Source: Kiritimatiellia bacterium
GTDB lineage: Bacteria; Verrucomicrobiota; Kiritimatiellia; CAIVKH01
DNA length: 64,000 nucleotides
Reading direction: 5' to 3'
Assembly: GCA_027493775.1 (NCBI GenBank)
Contig: JAOSKE010000001.1
Span: forward strand, 741,651 to 805,650
A program made the position numbers and the translations under genes. The notes beneath the pieces were generated by a model. The model saw only the letters and a list, made by a program, of their open reading frames with translations. It made no database searches and had not been told where the DNA came from. Positions 1 to 10,531 of the stretch are shown here, one piece after another (the first letter of the stretch is position 1; each line of letters opens with the position of its first letter).

Positions 1-756
1 CGTTTGCAACGCACCATAGAGGTCTTCGCGCACCGTCGCGCCCTCGCGCTCGAACGGCGGAATGTAAAGCGTCACGCGCGCGGGCGTGTCCTGCGTTGCG
101 CTCAGATGCGACTGCTGCAACCCGAGCAGCTTCGAGCGGCTGTACTGAAACACTTCGTTCATGATTCCACTTTCCTGCTGATTGATCGTCAGGAAGTCCG
201 CAAGCTCGGCGTTCACCTTGAACGACTCGTCCACCGGTTCAAAACGCAGGCGTCCCACATAATCCTGTTTCAATAAAAACCGACCCTTCAGATTACGCAG
301 CACCCAGTTGGCCAGCTCCTCGTACTGCTTGCTCATCGCGCGATTCGCAAACAACAAATTTTCGTTTTCACGCCGAATATTTGACGCCTCATCGGATGGC
401 CGCGACACATCCGCCTCCGCAACCCCGTGCCGCGCAGAAGGTGATGCAAGTTTTGCGGAGTCGTGTGTCGAAACGGCGGATGCGGACGCCGCGGCAACCG
501 CGCCCGGCATTTGCGCACTCGGGCCTCCCGCAATCAGCCAGCCCGCAAAGCCGAATCCGAGAAACCCCAGAACCACAAACGCCACGGCCACGCGACGCCG
601 GGCAACAATCGGGTCTGACGACGTTGACTGATTCGGAACCAACAGCGACGCGCGACAGTTCGGGCAATCCACCACCTGCCCGACCGCGCTGGACTCAATC
701 GCCAGTCGGCGGCGGCAGGCGGTGCATCGAAAAAATATCTCTCCGTTCGAGTCCAT
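1..756 (-). CDS. Zinc-ribbon single-pass membrane protein (runs off the left edge)
   Basis: Manual translation from ATG at 756: MDSNGEIFFRCTACRRRLAIESSAVGQVVDCPNCRASLLVP (CxxC...CxxC), then hydrophobic VAVAFVVLGFLGFGFAGWLIA; frame stays open to position 1, so it is absent from the ORF track. Confidence 0.7.
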   Translation of the reverse strand, partial: MDSNGEIFFRCTACRRRLAIESSAVGQVVDCPNCRASLLVPNQSTSSDPIVARRRVAVAFVVLGFLGFGFAGWLIAGGPSAQMPGAVAAASASAVSTHDSAKLASPSARHGVAEADVSRPSDEASNIRRENENLLFANRAMSKQYEELANWVLRNLKGRFLLKQDYVGRLRFEPVDESFKVNAELADFLTINQQESGIMNEVFQYSRSKLLGLQQSHLSATQDTPARVTLYIPPFEREGATVREDLYGALQT

Positions 757-816
757 GCTGGCAGTGTAAATCGGTTGATGGCGTTTTCAAGAATCGGCGA
801 AAATCGGACGGACGAA

Positions 817-1719
817 TTAATCGCGGCGAATCACAATCTTCCGACCTGATTTCCTGCGTGGATCGGAGGTGTCATAAACCACGAACTTGATCCCCGGATA
901 TTCCTTGCCCAATTCCTTGTTAATAAATTTTTGAACCGCCTCCACGTTTTTCTGATCATCATCGGAAAAACCTACACTGATCGTTGTCGCCTTGGTTCGA
1001 TTGCGCACCAAACTCAGCGCGTGTTGGACAAACTCACGAATCGCGAACTGCTTCGCCTCCTCCGGACTTTCCGAACCGCCAATTTTGCGCCCCATCAACT
1101 GCTGGAACTCCGGCGACGTCACGCCACGGTACCGGCAGAGGTCAAGGAATTGCGACAGCACCTGCCGATCACTCATTCCGCTCGGATCGCCATCGAAATA
1201 CGCAATATAGCCGCGTAGGTTATCGAGCATCGCCTTCTTTTCTTCCGCCGTGAGCACACGACGAATAAAATACTCAACACCCTTCCGAATCGCCGCCGCA
1301 CTGTGTGAACGCGCGGTGATAATGGCGAATAATCGCCCCTCTATCAGGGCATTACGGAATTTCTGAAAGCTAGGCGCTCCCTTCGCCTTCCCACTGATAA
1401 TCGGACGCAACGCCTTCCGTGTATCATCCAGAAACGCGTCAATCCCACGGCTGCCAATGTCGTAAAAATCGGAGAACGCCAAATCCCAATCATTGCCGAC
1501 CGGGCGAAGGTTCTTCATCTCCCGTCGGACCCTTGCAAACTGCGCCGTTGTGACATCGTGTTTTTTCCAGCCGCTCCCCGATTTCTTTTCGAGATGAATC
1601 TTTGTTGGCATGTGGAGGATATTGTCGTCCCAGTCGAACATATAGTACTTGAGATGGAGCGGACGACCCCAAGTGAATACAGGACTTGCAGTCTTACGAC
1701 TTGTCTTCTTTTTGCTCAT
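817..1719 (-). CDS. HAD-superfamily-like hypothetical protein
   Basis: 300 aa; YYMFDWDDNIL (DxD motif I), IITARSH (motif II-like), GFSDDDQKN (motif IV-like); start overlaps the amidase stop. Confidence 0.6.
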   Translation of the reverse strand: MSKKKTSRKTASPVFTWGRPLHLKYYMFDWDDNILHMPTKIHLEKKSGSGWKKHDVTTAQFARVRREMKNLRPVGNDWDLAFSDFYDIGSRGIDAFLDDTRKALRPIISGKAKGAPSFQKFRNALIEGRLFAIITARSHSAAAIRKGVEYFIRRVLTAEEKKAMLDNLRGYIAYFDGDPSGMSDRQVLSQFLDLCRYRGVTSPEFQQLMGRKIGGSESPEEAKQFAIREFVQHALSLVRNRTKATTISVGFSDDDQKNVEAVQKFINKELGKEYPGIKFVVYDTSDPRRKSGRKIVIRRD

Positions 1720-2701
1720 TTACCCTCCAGTTGCGCACGCTTCGCTAAATTCAAATAATTGATCGTACCACGCGCAAGCGATTGCGCCAATGCCTCACGC
1801 CGGGATTCCTGCAAAAGCTGTTCCTCTTCGCGCGCGTTCGAAACAAATGCGCACTCCACCAAGACCGCCGGACACGGCGCATTCTTTAAAACCAGAAAGC
1901 GTGATCGCTTCACACCGCGGTCGTTCGCGCCCAAACGTTGCGTCATCGCGCGTTGGATCTGATATGCCACAACCGTGTTCGCGGCTTCAAAGCGATTTCC
2001 CGGTTGCGTCAAATTCGAAAGCCCGCCCGAGGTGGACTCGTAGCCGGCCGCCGCCAACACATACGTCTCCGCCCCTGCCGCTGCTGTACTGGCTGCGGAG
2101 TTGAGGTGAATACTAATAAACAAATCAGCGCCCCACCGTTGCGCCTTGCGACTGCGCTCGTCCAATTCGACGAAACGATCATTCTCGCGCGTGAGATACA
2201 CCTTGAATCCCGCATTCACCAAATGTGTGCGCAACCGACGCGCCACATCCAGCACCACCCGTTTCTCCTCCACCCCCGCTTCCCCTTCGCGCCCGTGTCC
2301 TTTCCGCCGTGCCCCGGATCAATCACAATCACCCGATGTCGCGCATTTTTCAGATAGCCCTCCGGTCGCTGCAACGGATCCAGCACCACTCGCGCGTCCA
2401 CCTCGCGCAGCGCCCACCGTCCGCGCACACGCACCATCGGAGAGTGCAGCCAGACCAGCGTGCCATCGTAAAGCACCTCCCGCCCGTCCGTTTTGAAAAT
2501 GATTTTTAGCGAGCGGTTTTGCAGCGTAATCCGCTGGGCCGCTGGCCCGACGATGTCCATTCGGTAAAGCGAGGCGATATCGCGCAACGCGATATATTTT
2601 TCCTTTTCGTGCCAAAACACGGGCAAATTCGTCGGCGCAGGCGCTGCGCGCAGGCCCGGCGCAAAAGCGAGGAGGATCGCAATAATCAGCAGGCGTCTCA
2701 T
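1716..2701 (-). CDS. N-acetylmuramoyl-L-alanine amidase (Amidase_3), split by a 1-nt frameshift near 2275
   Basis: Signal peptide MRRLLIIAILLAFAPGLRA; VIVIDPGHGGKDTGA in one frame continues as EKRVVLDVA...FISIHLNS...AVLVECAFVSN in the next. Confidence 0.9.
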
Positions 2702-2825
2702 AATTAATGCCGCGCATTCTAGGTGAGACCGGCCAGGAAACGAGAACATTGTTGTGCATCCGTGCATTCTGCTTTGCATTGTCTATTTCCACCGCGTGGT
2801 GTAGAGTTACTCCAGCGAGGTTGTT

Positions 2826-3263
2826 ATGAAGCGAATTCTTGTGCCGCTCGATTTTTCTTCAACCAGCGACAAGGTACTGGATGCTGCGATCGCTGCCGCC
2901 GAATCAATGAACGCCGAGCTTTGCCTACTCCACGTCGCAAAGCCCGAGCCGGAATTCGTCACCTACGAACCCGGCCCCGAATCCGTCCGCGAGGCGGTCG
3001 CGAGAGAGATGGCAGACCTGCACCACAAATTACAGAAACTCGAAAAAGATCTCAAAGCGCGGGGACTGAAAGTCAGCGCGCTGATGATTCAGGGCTACAC
3101 GGTGGAAAAAATTCTACAGGAGATGGAGCGCCTCAACGTTGATCTCGTCGTAATGGGCTCCCACGGACGCGGCGCGCTCTACAACATGCTCCTCGGCAGC
3201 GTCTCCGAAGGCGTCCTCCGCAAAAGCTCCCGCCCCGTGCTCATCGTGCCGGTGAGGAAATAA
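2826..3263 (+). CDS. Universal stress protein (UspA family)
   Basis: MKRILVPLDFS...DLVVMGSHGRG...LLGSVSEGVLRKSSRPVLIVP. Confidence 0.93.
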   Translation: MKRILVPLDFSSTSDKVLDAAIAAAESMNAELCLLHVAKPEPEFVTYEPGPESVREAVAREMADLHHKLQKLEKDLKARGLKVSALMIQGYTVEKILQEMERLNVDLVVMGSHGRGALYNMLLGSVSEGVLRKSSRPVLIVPVRK

Positions 3264-3383
3264 GCCGACCGCGGAATTGTGCGTTTTCCGCGATCAACAA
3301 TTTTACTGTCCCGTGGTGAACGATTGATTGGGCCGTGCGCTGCACAGCTTTCGAGTGTCGCGTTTCATCCCTCTGTTCCCTTT

Positions 3384-3806
3384 TCATTTAATCATCAATG
3401 TCACAATCAACCGCCCCTCGCCCTGGGGGACGCCGCCGAGGATGGTGGGTTTGTTGCGCTCTAGACCTACGCCGGTGCTGAGTAGTCGGGTGTCGCCTCT
3501 CTGCCAGGTTACTTCCACGCGATTCTTTTTTCCGCGTTGCAAATAAAGGACGTGACCGTCTTCCAACGCGACTGTGGCAGATGCGCCGTCGGGAAGAATC
3601 ACGGACGATTGCGCGAGAAGCCGGTAGGTTTCAAAACGCAGGACGGGGCGCAGCAAATAGTCCACGCGCTCCAAGCGACGATCCAGAGGGGCGGGTTCGT
3701 TCGATGCCAAAATCAGCATCGCCTCCACCTCCATCGGCGCGGCCTCGGTCGGCGTGACTACGCCCAAAAGAAACACCGCGAATAAAATGCCGGCAATTAC
3801 TTTCAT
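3384..3806 (-). CDS. Secreted hypothetical protein, third gene of the ECF sigma operon
   Basis: MKVIAGILFAVFLLGVVTPTEA signal peptide; start overlaps the anti-sigma stop. Confidence 0.65.
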   Translation of the reverse strand: MKVIAGILFAVFLLGVVTPTEAAPMEVEAMLILASNEPAPLDRRLERVDYLLRPVLRFETYRLLAQSSVILPDGASATVALEDGHVLYLQRGKKNRVEVTWQRGDTRLLSTGVGLERNKPTILGGVPQGEGRLIVTLMIK

Positions 3807-4291
3807 ATTCCCGCCTCGCCAACTGTACCCTCTTCGGGCGTCATCAGCCAAATAACAACTGCACCGCTCGCTTCATCCTCATACACCATAGCGCTGGAGC
3901 CCGGCAACTCCGCCTCCACCCATTCCACACGCGGAATCGCTGCATCCGCCGTCGTCGGCAACATCAAACGCACGCCGACAAATCCCAGTAATATCAGCAC
4001 AATCGCAGACGCGGCGAGCCAGCCCCAATTCCAATCGAATACACTAACTTTGCGCTCGGGCCGTCGCCCCGAAATCTGACGAAGCTCGCGTCGCACATTA
4101 TTCCAAACCACTTCCGCAGGTGGAACAGGAATCGCCTGATTGCGCAGCAACTCGCCGACCTCCGTCCACGCCCGCTCCGCCTCCGCAAGTTCCGCCGCGT
4201 GTTCAGCGCCCTGCCCCAGCTCGGCCTCGTGTGGGCGCAATTCGCCATCGCGCTTGCGACTGAGCTGTTCGAGTTGTTTTTCCAGTTTCAT
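3803..4291 (-). CDS. Putative transmembrane anti-sigma factor
   Basis: Coupled to the ECF sigma gene; N-terminal LSRKRDGEL motif, central TM WLAASAIVLILLGFVGV. Confidence 0.7.
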   Translation of the reverse strand: MKLEKQLEQLSRKRDGELRPHEAELGQGAEHAAELAEAERAWTEVGELLRNQAIPVPPAEVVWNNVRRELRQISGRRPERKVSVFDWNWGWLAASAIVLILLGFVGVRLMLPTTADAAIPRVEWVEAELPGSSAMVYEDEASGAVVIWLMTPEEGTVGEAGI

Positions 4292-4902
4292 CGCATTCCC
4301 TTCATTTGTTCCTGCACTAGCCGCCGCGCATAAAAAATACGGGACATCACCGTGCCCGCCCTGCACTTCATTACCTGACCGATCTCGCGGTACGACATCC
4401 CCTCCACCTCGCGCAAAATCAACGCCGTTCGATGTTCCGGCGACAACTGATCCAGCGCGCGCTCAAACGCTTCCTGCACTTCCTGACGCTCCAGCCCGCG
4501 ATCCGGCCGCCCATCATCCGGCCTCTGCCACTCCACCGCCGGACGCGGCTCGCGATCCGGCTCTTCATCCAGCGACACTTCCTTCCGCCGCGCGGAACGT
4601 CGGCCATGGTCCAGCACCGAGTTCACCGCGATCCGATACAACCACGTAAAGAACTGCGCATCGCCCTTGTAGCTGTCGAGCCGCTGCCACGCCTTCACCC
4701 ACGTCTGCTGCTCCAGCTCACGCGCGTCCTCCACATCACTGACCATTCGATAAATCACCCCGTACACCCTTCCATGGAACAGTTTCACCAACTCGCCGAA
4801 TGCATCCTCATCGCTTTGCCTCGCCCGAGCCACCAACTCCGCCACCACCTCCGGCGACGGGCCTTCATTTTTATTAGACGGCTCTGACGCGGGATTATTC
4901 AT
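4288..4902 (-). CDS. ECF RNA polymerase sigma-70 factor (RpoE-like)
   Basis: DEDAFGELV, FFTWLYRIAVN (region 2), LSPEHRTALILREVEGMSYREI...GTVMSRIFYAR (region 4). Confidence 0.92.
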   Translation of the reverse strand: MNNPASEPSNKNEGPSPEVVAELVARARQSDEDAFGELVKLFHGRVYGVIYRMVSDVEDARELEQQTWVKAWQRLDSYKGDAQFFTWLYRIAVNSVLDHGRRSARRKEVSLDEEPDREPRPAVEWQRPDDGRPDRGLERQEVQEAFERALDQLSPEHRTALILREVEGMSYREIGQVMKCRAGTVMSRIFYARRLVQEQMKGMR

Positions 4903-4929
4903 ACGCGCCAAAATCAGCCGAACGCGAAA

Positions 4930-5046
4930 ACTTCCAACCCTTGGAAGTCGTTTCAGAACAAAGTTCCAACCCTTGGAACTTTTGGGACGAAAAAACTTCC
5001 AAGGGTTGGAAGTCGGACGCAAAAGGACTTCCAAGGGTTGGAAGTT
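4930..5046. repeat. Cluster of four TTCCAA-N3-TTGGAA palindromes (REP/BIME-like)
   Basis: Units at about 4931, 4963, 4996 and 5028 (32-33 bp period); two with loop CCC, then two in the opposite orientation (GGG). Confidence 0.8.
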
Positions 5047-5104
5047 TTAACTCGGGCGGCGGCGCACGCGCGAGAAACGGGGGTTTTGATGGAGAAAACG
5101 TGCG

Positions 5105-6046
5105 TCATTGATTTGGTGGGCGGCGCGCGGTCCAGCCGATGTCCACATATTCCCAATCCACGTTCTCTTTTCGGAGCGTCACGACGCCGAACCCTTCTTC
5201 TGTTCCAAACCACGGGCCGCGCCACCACTTCGCACACACCGCGCCGCCGGTAATGAAGGTCGTATCGCGCCAACGCAACAGTTCGTTGACGTGGTTATGC
5301 CCCTGCAACACCAACGGCAGGTGATGGCGTTTGAACACTTCCAACACTTCGCGATTGTTCACAATCGCGCGGTTCCTCGGCGCAGGCACATCGTTTCCCA
5401 GTGTTGCAGCCTGGAACGAGGAAAGCAATGGCATGTGCGTGACGAGGATAATCGGAGTCGTCGCGTCCACTCGCGAAACGTCATCGCGCAGCCACTTCAT
5501 CTGTTCGTCATCAATGAAGCCGCGATACTTCACTTCGTCGCGGGTGATTTGAACGCCGTCGAGCAGGATAACGTGATAACCGCCAGCATCGAACGAGCGG
5601 TAAATTTCTTTGATCCCTAACTCCTCTCGAAACATCGAGCGCGGGTCCGCTTCCGGCGCTGAGCCATCTTCCGGCATTGCGCCGACAATGTCGTGATTCC
5701 CCATCGCGACCTCGGTGGTCGGTTCCACTAGCTCAAACAGACTTTCACGAAACGCCTTCCAGCGCGGCGCGACAACGTCTCGTCCATTCTGGAAACCATC
5801 GGTGATGCAATCGCCCCCACAAATCACAAGGTCGGGCTTTCGCTCATTGATCAAGCGCGCGGTGAGTCGCAACGCCTCGGGTGTTTCCCATTCCACGCGG
5901 GTATGAATATCCGTAAAGAAGGCAATCCGGAGGGACTCGCGCGGGGCGTCGGGCGCGGCGGCCCAACTGGAGCGCTGCGGCCAGCCGATGGCCCAGGCGG
6001 CTGCACCTGCGCTCGTGGCCAGAAGAAACTGTCGGCGATTCATCAT
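5105..6046 (-). CDS. Tat-exported calcineurin-like metallophosphoesterase
   Basis: MNRRQFL twin-arginine signal; DIH, GD, GNHD and GHNH motifs. Confidence 0.9.
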   Translation of the reverse strand: MMNRRQFLLATSAGAAAWAIGWPQRSSWAAAPDAPRESLRIAFFTDIHTRVEWETPEALRLTARLINERKPDLVICGGDCITDGFQNGRDVVAPRWKAFRESLFELVEPTTEVAMGNHDIVGAMPEDGSAPEADPRSMFREELGIKEIYRSFDAGGYHVILLDGVQITRDEVKYRGFIDDEQMKWLRDDVSRVDATTPIILVTHMPLLSSFQAATLGNDVPAPRNRAIVNNREVLEVFKRHHLPLVLQGHNHVNELLRWRDTTFITGGAVCAKWWRGPWFGTEEGFGVVTLRKENVDWEYVDIGWTARRPPNQ

Positions 6047-8556
6047 AGCGCACTCACTCTGCGATCCCGTCGCTTTCGACGAGCCACATCATACCGTCCG
6101 ACAATGATCACAACAAGCACGAGCGTTCCCAAAACAATTTGCGCCTGCGCTTCCGTACACCACGTAATGATCTGGTTGCTGACCGGGCTGTGATAAACAC
6201 CGGGCCGCGCGCGCGCTTCCATTTCTGCCCGGCGATCAGGCGACCAATCGCGCCCCGACTCGCGCATACTGTGGCCGAACCAATGTTCAAGGAGTTGCTG
6301 TTCGCGAAATGCAATGGTGGCTAGGCGCGTATTTTCGCTTGGAGAATGTTGGCTGTCTCGGGAGAACTGATAGTTTCTGTCGCGCCGGAACAGTCGCACA
6401 CGAAATTCGTGGACGAACGGGTCGGAAATCGGCGTGTAGCGGCGCAAAAAGAAATCGTACTGCGCATCCCTGCCAAAGCGATTCATCTTGGATGCAACAT
6501 CCTTGGCGCGAAGTTCATCGGCGCTTTGCAAGTCTTCCTTGGTCAGGCGTGACTTGAACGTGCCCACCCCCCGCATCCGTGTGGAGATAGCCGTATTCGG
6601 TCATGACCTCCTCAAAGATGAATAAGTCGGGGCGATAGACATAAAACATCCGCCACAAGTCCGGCGTGTTCGATGCAATTCCGAACAACAGAATCAAAAT
6701 CAATCGCGTCTGCCGCCACGCCGTACGCGCGGAGCGCACACCAAACGGCTTGCCGCACAGCGCGGGCGCGAAGCCCCCACCGCGAGGCCGAGCTGCATCA
6801 CTGCAACGGCCAATACGTTGATTCCGATGTCGCGGAAATCAAAATACCGGCCCGGTAGCGCCCACTGCACAATCTCATCGCCAATTCCGAGGATGCTGCC
6901 GAGTAACGTAGACACCACGTACGCGCCACGGTCGGGATAGCGCCGACTGAATGCGCGAAAGAGCAGAAGCGAAAGGATGCCATATTCGACGAGGTGCAGT
7001 GCCTCTTCCGGGCGACGCCGCAGGGCCCACGCCGTGGCCCCGTAGAGGATGAACATCCCGGCCAACACAAGACCTTGATGTCGGGTTATTGCGCCGACAT
7101 GCCGACGCAAATATGCAACCGCGCCAATCGCACCGGCAACGATAGCACCTGCGACGATCCATAAGAATGCGGTGATTCCGAAATGAGCGGCGACCCAGTG
7201 TTGAATCGCGCGGGCGAAGGGAATCAAACAGTAGATGAGAAGCGTCCAGAGAACGACCGGTCCCCAATCACGGGCCGGTGGCGACCATCTCGGTTTGCCC
7301 CAGCGAATGAAAATGAAGGCGTCCACGAGTAGAACGCAAAAAATGATCATCCATATCCCACGTTCCGTGAATCGGTGAATGAGATTTTCGCTCACCTCGC
7401 TGGTATAGCGGCGATCCAGTTGGGCATTCGCCTTCAGCGCTTCGTCCAGTTCCTCCGTCCACTGAAAACTCGTGTGCGCGAGGGTGTTTGAGAAGTAGCG
7501 TTCGAGGATTTGGTTTTCGCGATACGCGACATTCGCGTGAAATGCGTAAGACGCAGGGTCGAAGCGGTATTTGGGAAGAACGGTGAAGTAATGATTGCGC
7601 CGGAAGAGATGCACCATCGCCTCGTGCGCGAATGGATCACGGGCGGGTGTATAGACGGCCAGAAAGCGCTTGTACGCAGCAGGTGCTTTGTGCGCTTCAA
7701 TGATCGCGCCCACTTCGGCCCCGCGCTCTTTGTCCACCCAGATGAGATCGTCTCGGTCAAAACGCGAATAGAAGCGCAGGTGGTCCGGGTCTTCGTGACG
7801 CCACCCGTACTCGCTCATCGCTTGTTCGTTATCCAAGAGGAATGTTAGCGCCGGGAGTTGTTTGGAAATTTTCGCTGCGGCATAAGGCGTATTCGAGGCA
7901 CAGCATCCAAACAGCAGCGCTTGGGCGGCGACTAAAATGGTTGCACAGCGAATGCTGGCGGGGCGGATCGCCGATTTGATGAAGGGCGGAACAAAGCCAA
8001 CAGCGAGGCCGATTTGAACAAGCACAATCGCGAGCGCGTTGTGCGAGAGGTCGCGGGGGTCCCAGTAGCGGCCGGGAGTGAACCACTGCAAAATTTCGTC
8101 GGTTGTGCTGACCAGTGCGCCGATCAGCAGGACGTTCAAATAGATGAGCGGGTCGTGTTGGCGATGGGACAGTGCGCGGAAGATCAGGATGCTGAGTATG
8201 CCGTATTCAACGAAGTGAATCGCTTCCGAGGGCGTACTGGTTAGTTTGAAGGTACCGAGGAGAAAGACTCCCGCGATCGCAACGAGCGTTGCAATCCGCG
8301 CCCACGGCATACGTCGCAGTCCGCGCACGAGATGAATGAGGAGCAATACAGCAGCGACGACGATGAAAGCTACGGTGATCCATTGGAGGGATGCGTGGCC
8401 AAGATGCTGATTGAACCAGTCTTGGATTTTCCGTGCGAATGGGACGGTGCAGAAAATAGCGACCGCCCATAACGCAGCATAGAGCCAACTGACTGCTTCT
8501 TTTTTCTCGCGGTGGGGCCTGAAACAAACCGGTTCCTCTTCCGGCCTAACAGCCAA
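6043..8556 (-). CDS. VanZ-like membrane protein with two tandem VanZ+soluble units, broken by 2 frameshifts (about 6720 and 6560)
   Basis: EAIHFVEYGIL...DEILQWFTPGRYWDPRD is repeated as EALHLVEYGIL...DEIVQWALPGRYFDFRD; MSEYG...DPFAHE...LFRRN is repeated as MTEYG...DPFVHE...LFRRD. Confidence 0.75.
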
Positions 8557-8571
8557 CCCGAGTTTTCTGAA

Positions 8572-10104
8572 TCAGGGGTGGATGCGGCCGGTCTCTTCTG
8601 TCAGCTTACGCAGACGTTGTTTGATGTCTTCGGTAAGCATACCGGGCAGAAGGCGCCAGCGCCAGTTTCCACTTTTTGTGCCGGGCACGTTCATGCGCGC
8701 TTCGGTGCCGAGTCCGAGCAAGTCCTGCATGGGGAAAACGGCAGTGTTGGCATTGGAACGAAGGGCGAGTGCAATGAGGTCCCAGTGGATTTCACTTCCA
8801 TCGCTCTGGAGATAGTGAAGGATCGCATTGCGTTCTGCTTCGATTTCCGCGTGGCTGCGGGTGCTTCCCTCGCCCGGTTCGCTGCGGAACCAGCCGACGG
8901 TGGTGTCGTTGTCGTGCGTACCGGTATAGACGACGCAGTTGGGCGGGTAGTTATCGGGGCGATATTCCGCCGCCTTTGCATCGTTTCCAAATGCGAATTG
9001 CAGCACGCGCATTCCGGGCAAATTGAACTGATCGCGCAGAGCGTCCACATCGGGCGTAATCACGCCGAGGTCTTCCGCGATGATCGGCATATCGCCCATC
9101 TGCCGCAGCAGCGCGTTGAAGAGATCCGCGCCGGGGCCGGGAACCCATCGCCCATTGATTGCAGTCTCTGCGTCGCCGGGAATTTCCCAATAACCCGCGA
9201 AGCCACGGAAGTGGTCAATACGGACGATGTCCACCATCTCAAAAATTTTGAGCAGGCGCGCCACCCACCACTTGTAATCCTGTGCCTTATGCACATCCCA
9301 ACGATAAAGCGGATTGCCCCACAACTGACCCGTCGCGCTGAAATAGTCCGGCGGGACACCGGCGACAATGGAGCAGGAGCCGTCCTCTCTGATGTAAAAC
9401 AGTTCCGGGTTCGCCCACGCGTCCGCGCTATCGTGTGCGACAAAAATCGGGATGTCACCGATAATCTTGATTCCGCGTTCGTGGCAATAGTGCCGCAACT
9501 GCCGCCACTGTTCGTCGAACAGCCACTGCAAGATTTTCGCGTTGCGAATGGCGGTGCGATACTGTCGGCGCACATGAATGAGCGCTTCGGGGTCGCGCCG
9601 CACCAATTCCGGCTCCCAAGTGTGCCACGGCTCTAGGTTGTGCGCTTCTTTGAGCGCCATAAAGAGGGAGAAGTCCTCCAGCCACTCGCCGTTCCGCTCG
9701 CAGAACTCAACAAAAGATTGGCGCTGCGTCGGAGAGGCTTTGCGATCGAAGGAACGGCAGACGGAACGCAACACGGCAGTGCGCGCCTCGATGACGGGGC
9801 CATAGTCCACGCTATTCGACGGGAAGTGAGGGAAGCGAGTCAACGCCGTCGGATGCAACAAACCGTCTTCGACCAACATCTCCAGGCTGATGAAGAGCGG
9901 ATTTCCCGCGAAGGTGGAAAACGACTGATACGGAGAATCGCCGTAACCCGTGAGACCATGCGGCAGAATTTGCCAGAGGTGTTGTCCCATATCCACCAAC
10001 GCATCCGCGAACTCGCGCGCGCTGGGGCCGAGGTCGCCCATCCCGTACCTGCCGGGAAGCGAGGTGATGTGCATCAAAATACCACTTTCGCGTGGAAATT
10101 GCAT
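8572..10104 (-). CDS. malQ: 4-alpha-glucanotransferase (amylomaltase, GH77)
   Basis: RESGILMHITSLP, AGVPPDYFSATGQLWGNPLY, RIDHFRGF, IIAEDLG, YTGTHDNDT, RMNVPG. Confidence 0.96.
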   Translation of the reverse strand: MQFPRESGILMHITSLPGRYGMGDLGPSAREFADALVDMGQHLWQILPHGLTGYGDSPYQSFSTFAGNPLFISLEMLVEDGLLHPTALTRFPHFPSNSVDYGPVIEARTAVLRSVCRSFDRKASPTQRQSFVEFCERNGEWLEDFSLFMALKEAHNLEPWHTWEPELVRRDPEALIHVRRQYRTAIRNAKILQWLFDEQWRQLRHYCHERGIKIIGDIPIFVAHDSADAWANPELFYIREDGSCSIVAGVPPDYFSATGQLWGNPLYRWDVHKAQDYKWWVARLLKIFEMVDIVRIDHFRGFAGYWEIPGDAETAINGRWVPGPGADLFNALLRQMGDMPIIAEDLGVITPDVDALRDQFNLPGMRVLQFAFGNDAKAAEYRPDNYPPNCVVYTGTHDNDTTVGWFRSEPGEGSTRSHAEIEAERNAILHYLQSDGSEIHWDLIALALRSNANTAVFPMQDLLGLGTEARMNVPGTKSGNWRWRLLPGMLTEDIKQRLRKLTEETGRIHP

Positions 10105-10197
10105 GAATCTTGCTCCTTCGTTTATCCTGCAAAATGCGGGCACTGTTATCTATGCCGCAAGGGATTGTCACGCTTTTTGCCTCTTCCGCGCATCTTC

Positions 10198-10234
10198 TTG
10201 ACACCGTGCGCGTGTTTGATATATCAACCAAACA
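10198..10234 (+). promoter_or_regulatory. Putative feoAB promoter with overlapping palindromic operator (metal-responsive repressor?)
   Basis: TTGACA at 10198; perfect palindrome TTGATATATCAA (10216-10227) overlapping TGTTTG-N10-CAAACA just upstream of feoA. Confidence 0.4.
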
Positions 10235-10249
10235 TTTGCTGTGCCAAAC

Positions 10250-10531
10250 ATGATCAAACCGCTGCCAATCACCTGTGTGCCACCGTCGGCGCCTCTTGAT
10301 TCCCTGAGCGCCGGAGAGAGCGCCGTGGTGAGTCACGTCGAGGCGTCCGACGATGATATGCGTCGCCTGATGACTCTGGGAATTTGCACGGGCCGGCGCA
10401 TTGAACTGGTTCAATGCGGAAATCCGATGATTGTCCGAATTTTCGGTTCACGCCTCGGAATCTCCCGCCGGCTCGCGTCGCGGGTCATGGTGCAACAGTG
10501 TCGCCATAACTCCACCACGGAATCTTTGTGA
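10250..10531 (+). CDS. feoA: Ferrous iron transport protein A
   Basis: RRLMTLGICTGRRIELVQCGNPMIVRIFGSRLGISRRLA; directly upstream of feoB. Confidence 0.9.
   Translation: MIKPLPITCVPPSAPLDSLSAGESAVVSHVEASDDDMRRLMTLGICTGRRIELVQCGNPMIVRIFGSRLGISRRLASRVMVQQCRHNSTTESL

Noticed and set aside
4930..5046. CRISPR array
   Set aside because: Repeats are about 17 bp with about 15-bp spacers, orientation flips midway, and no cas genes are visible
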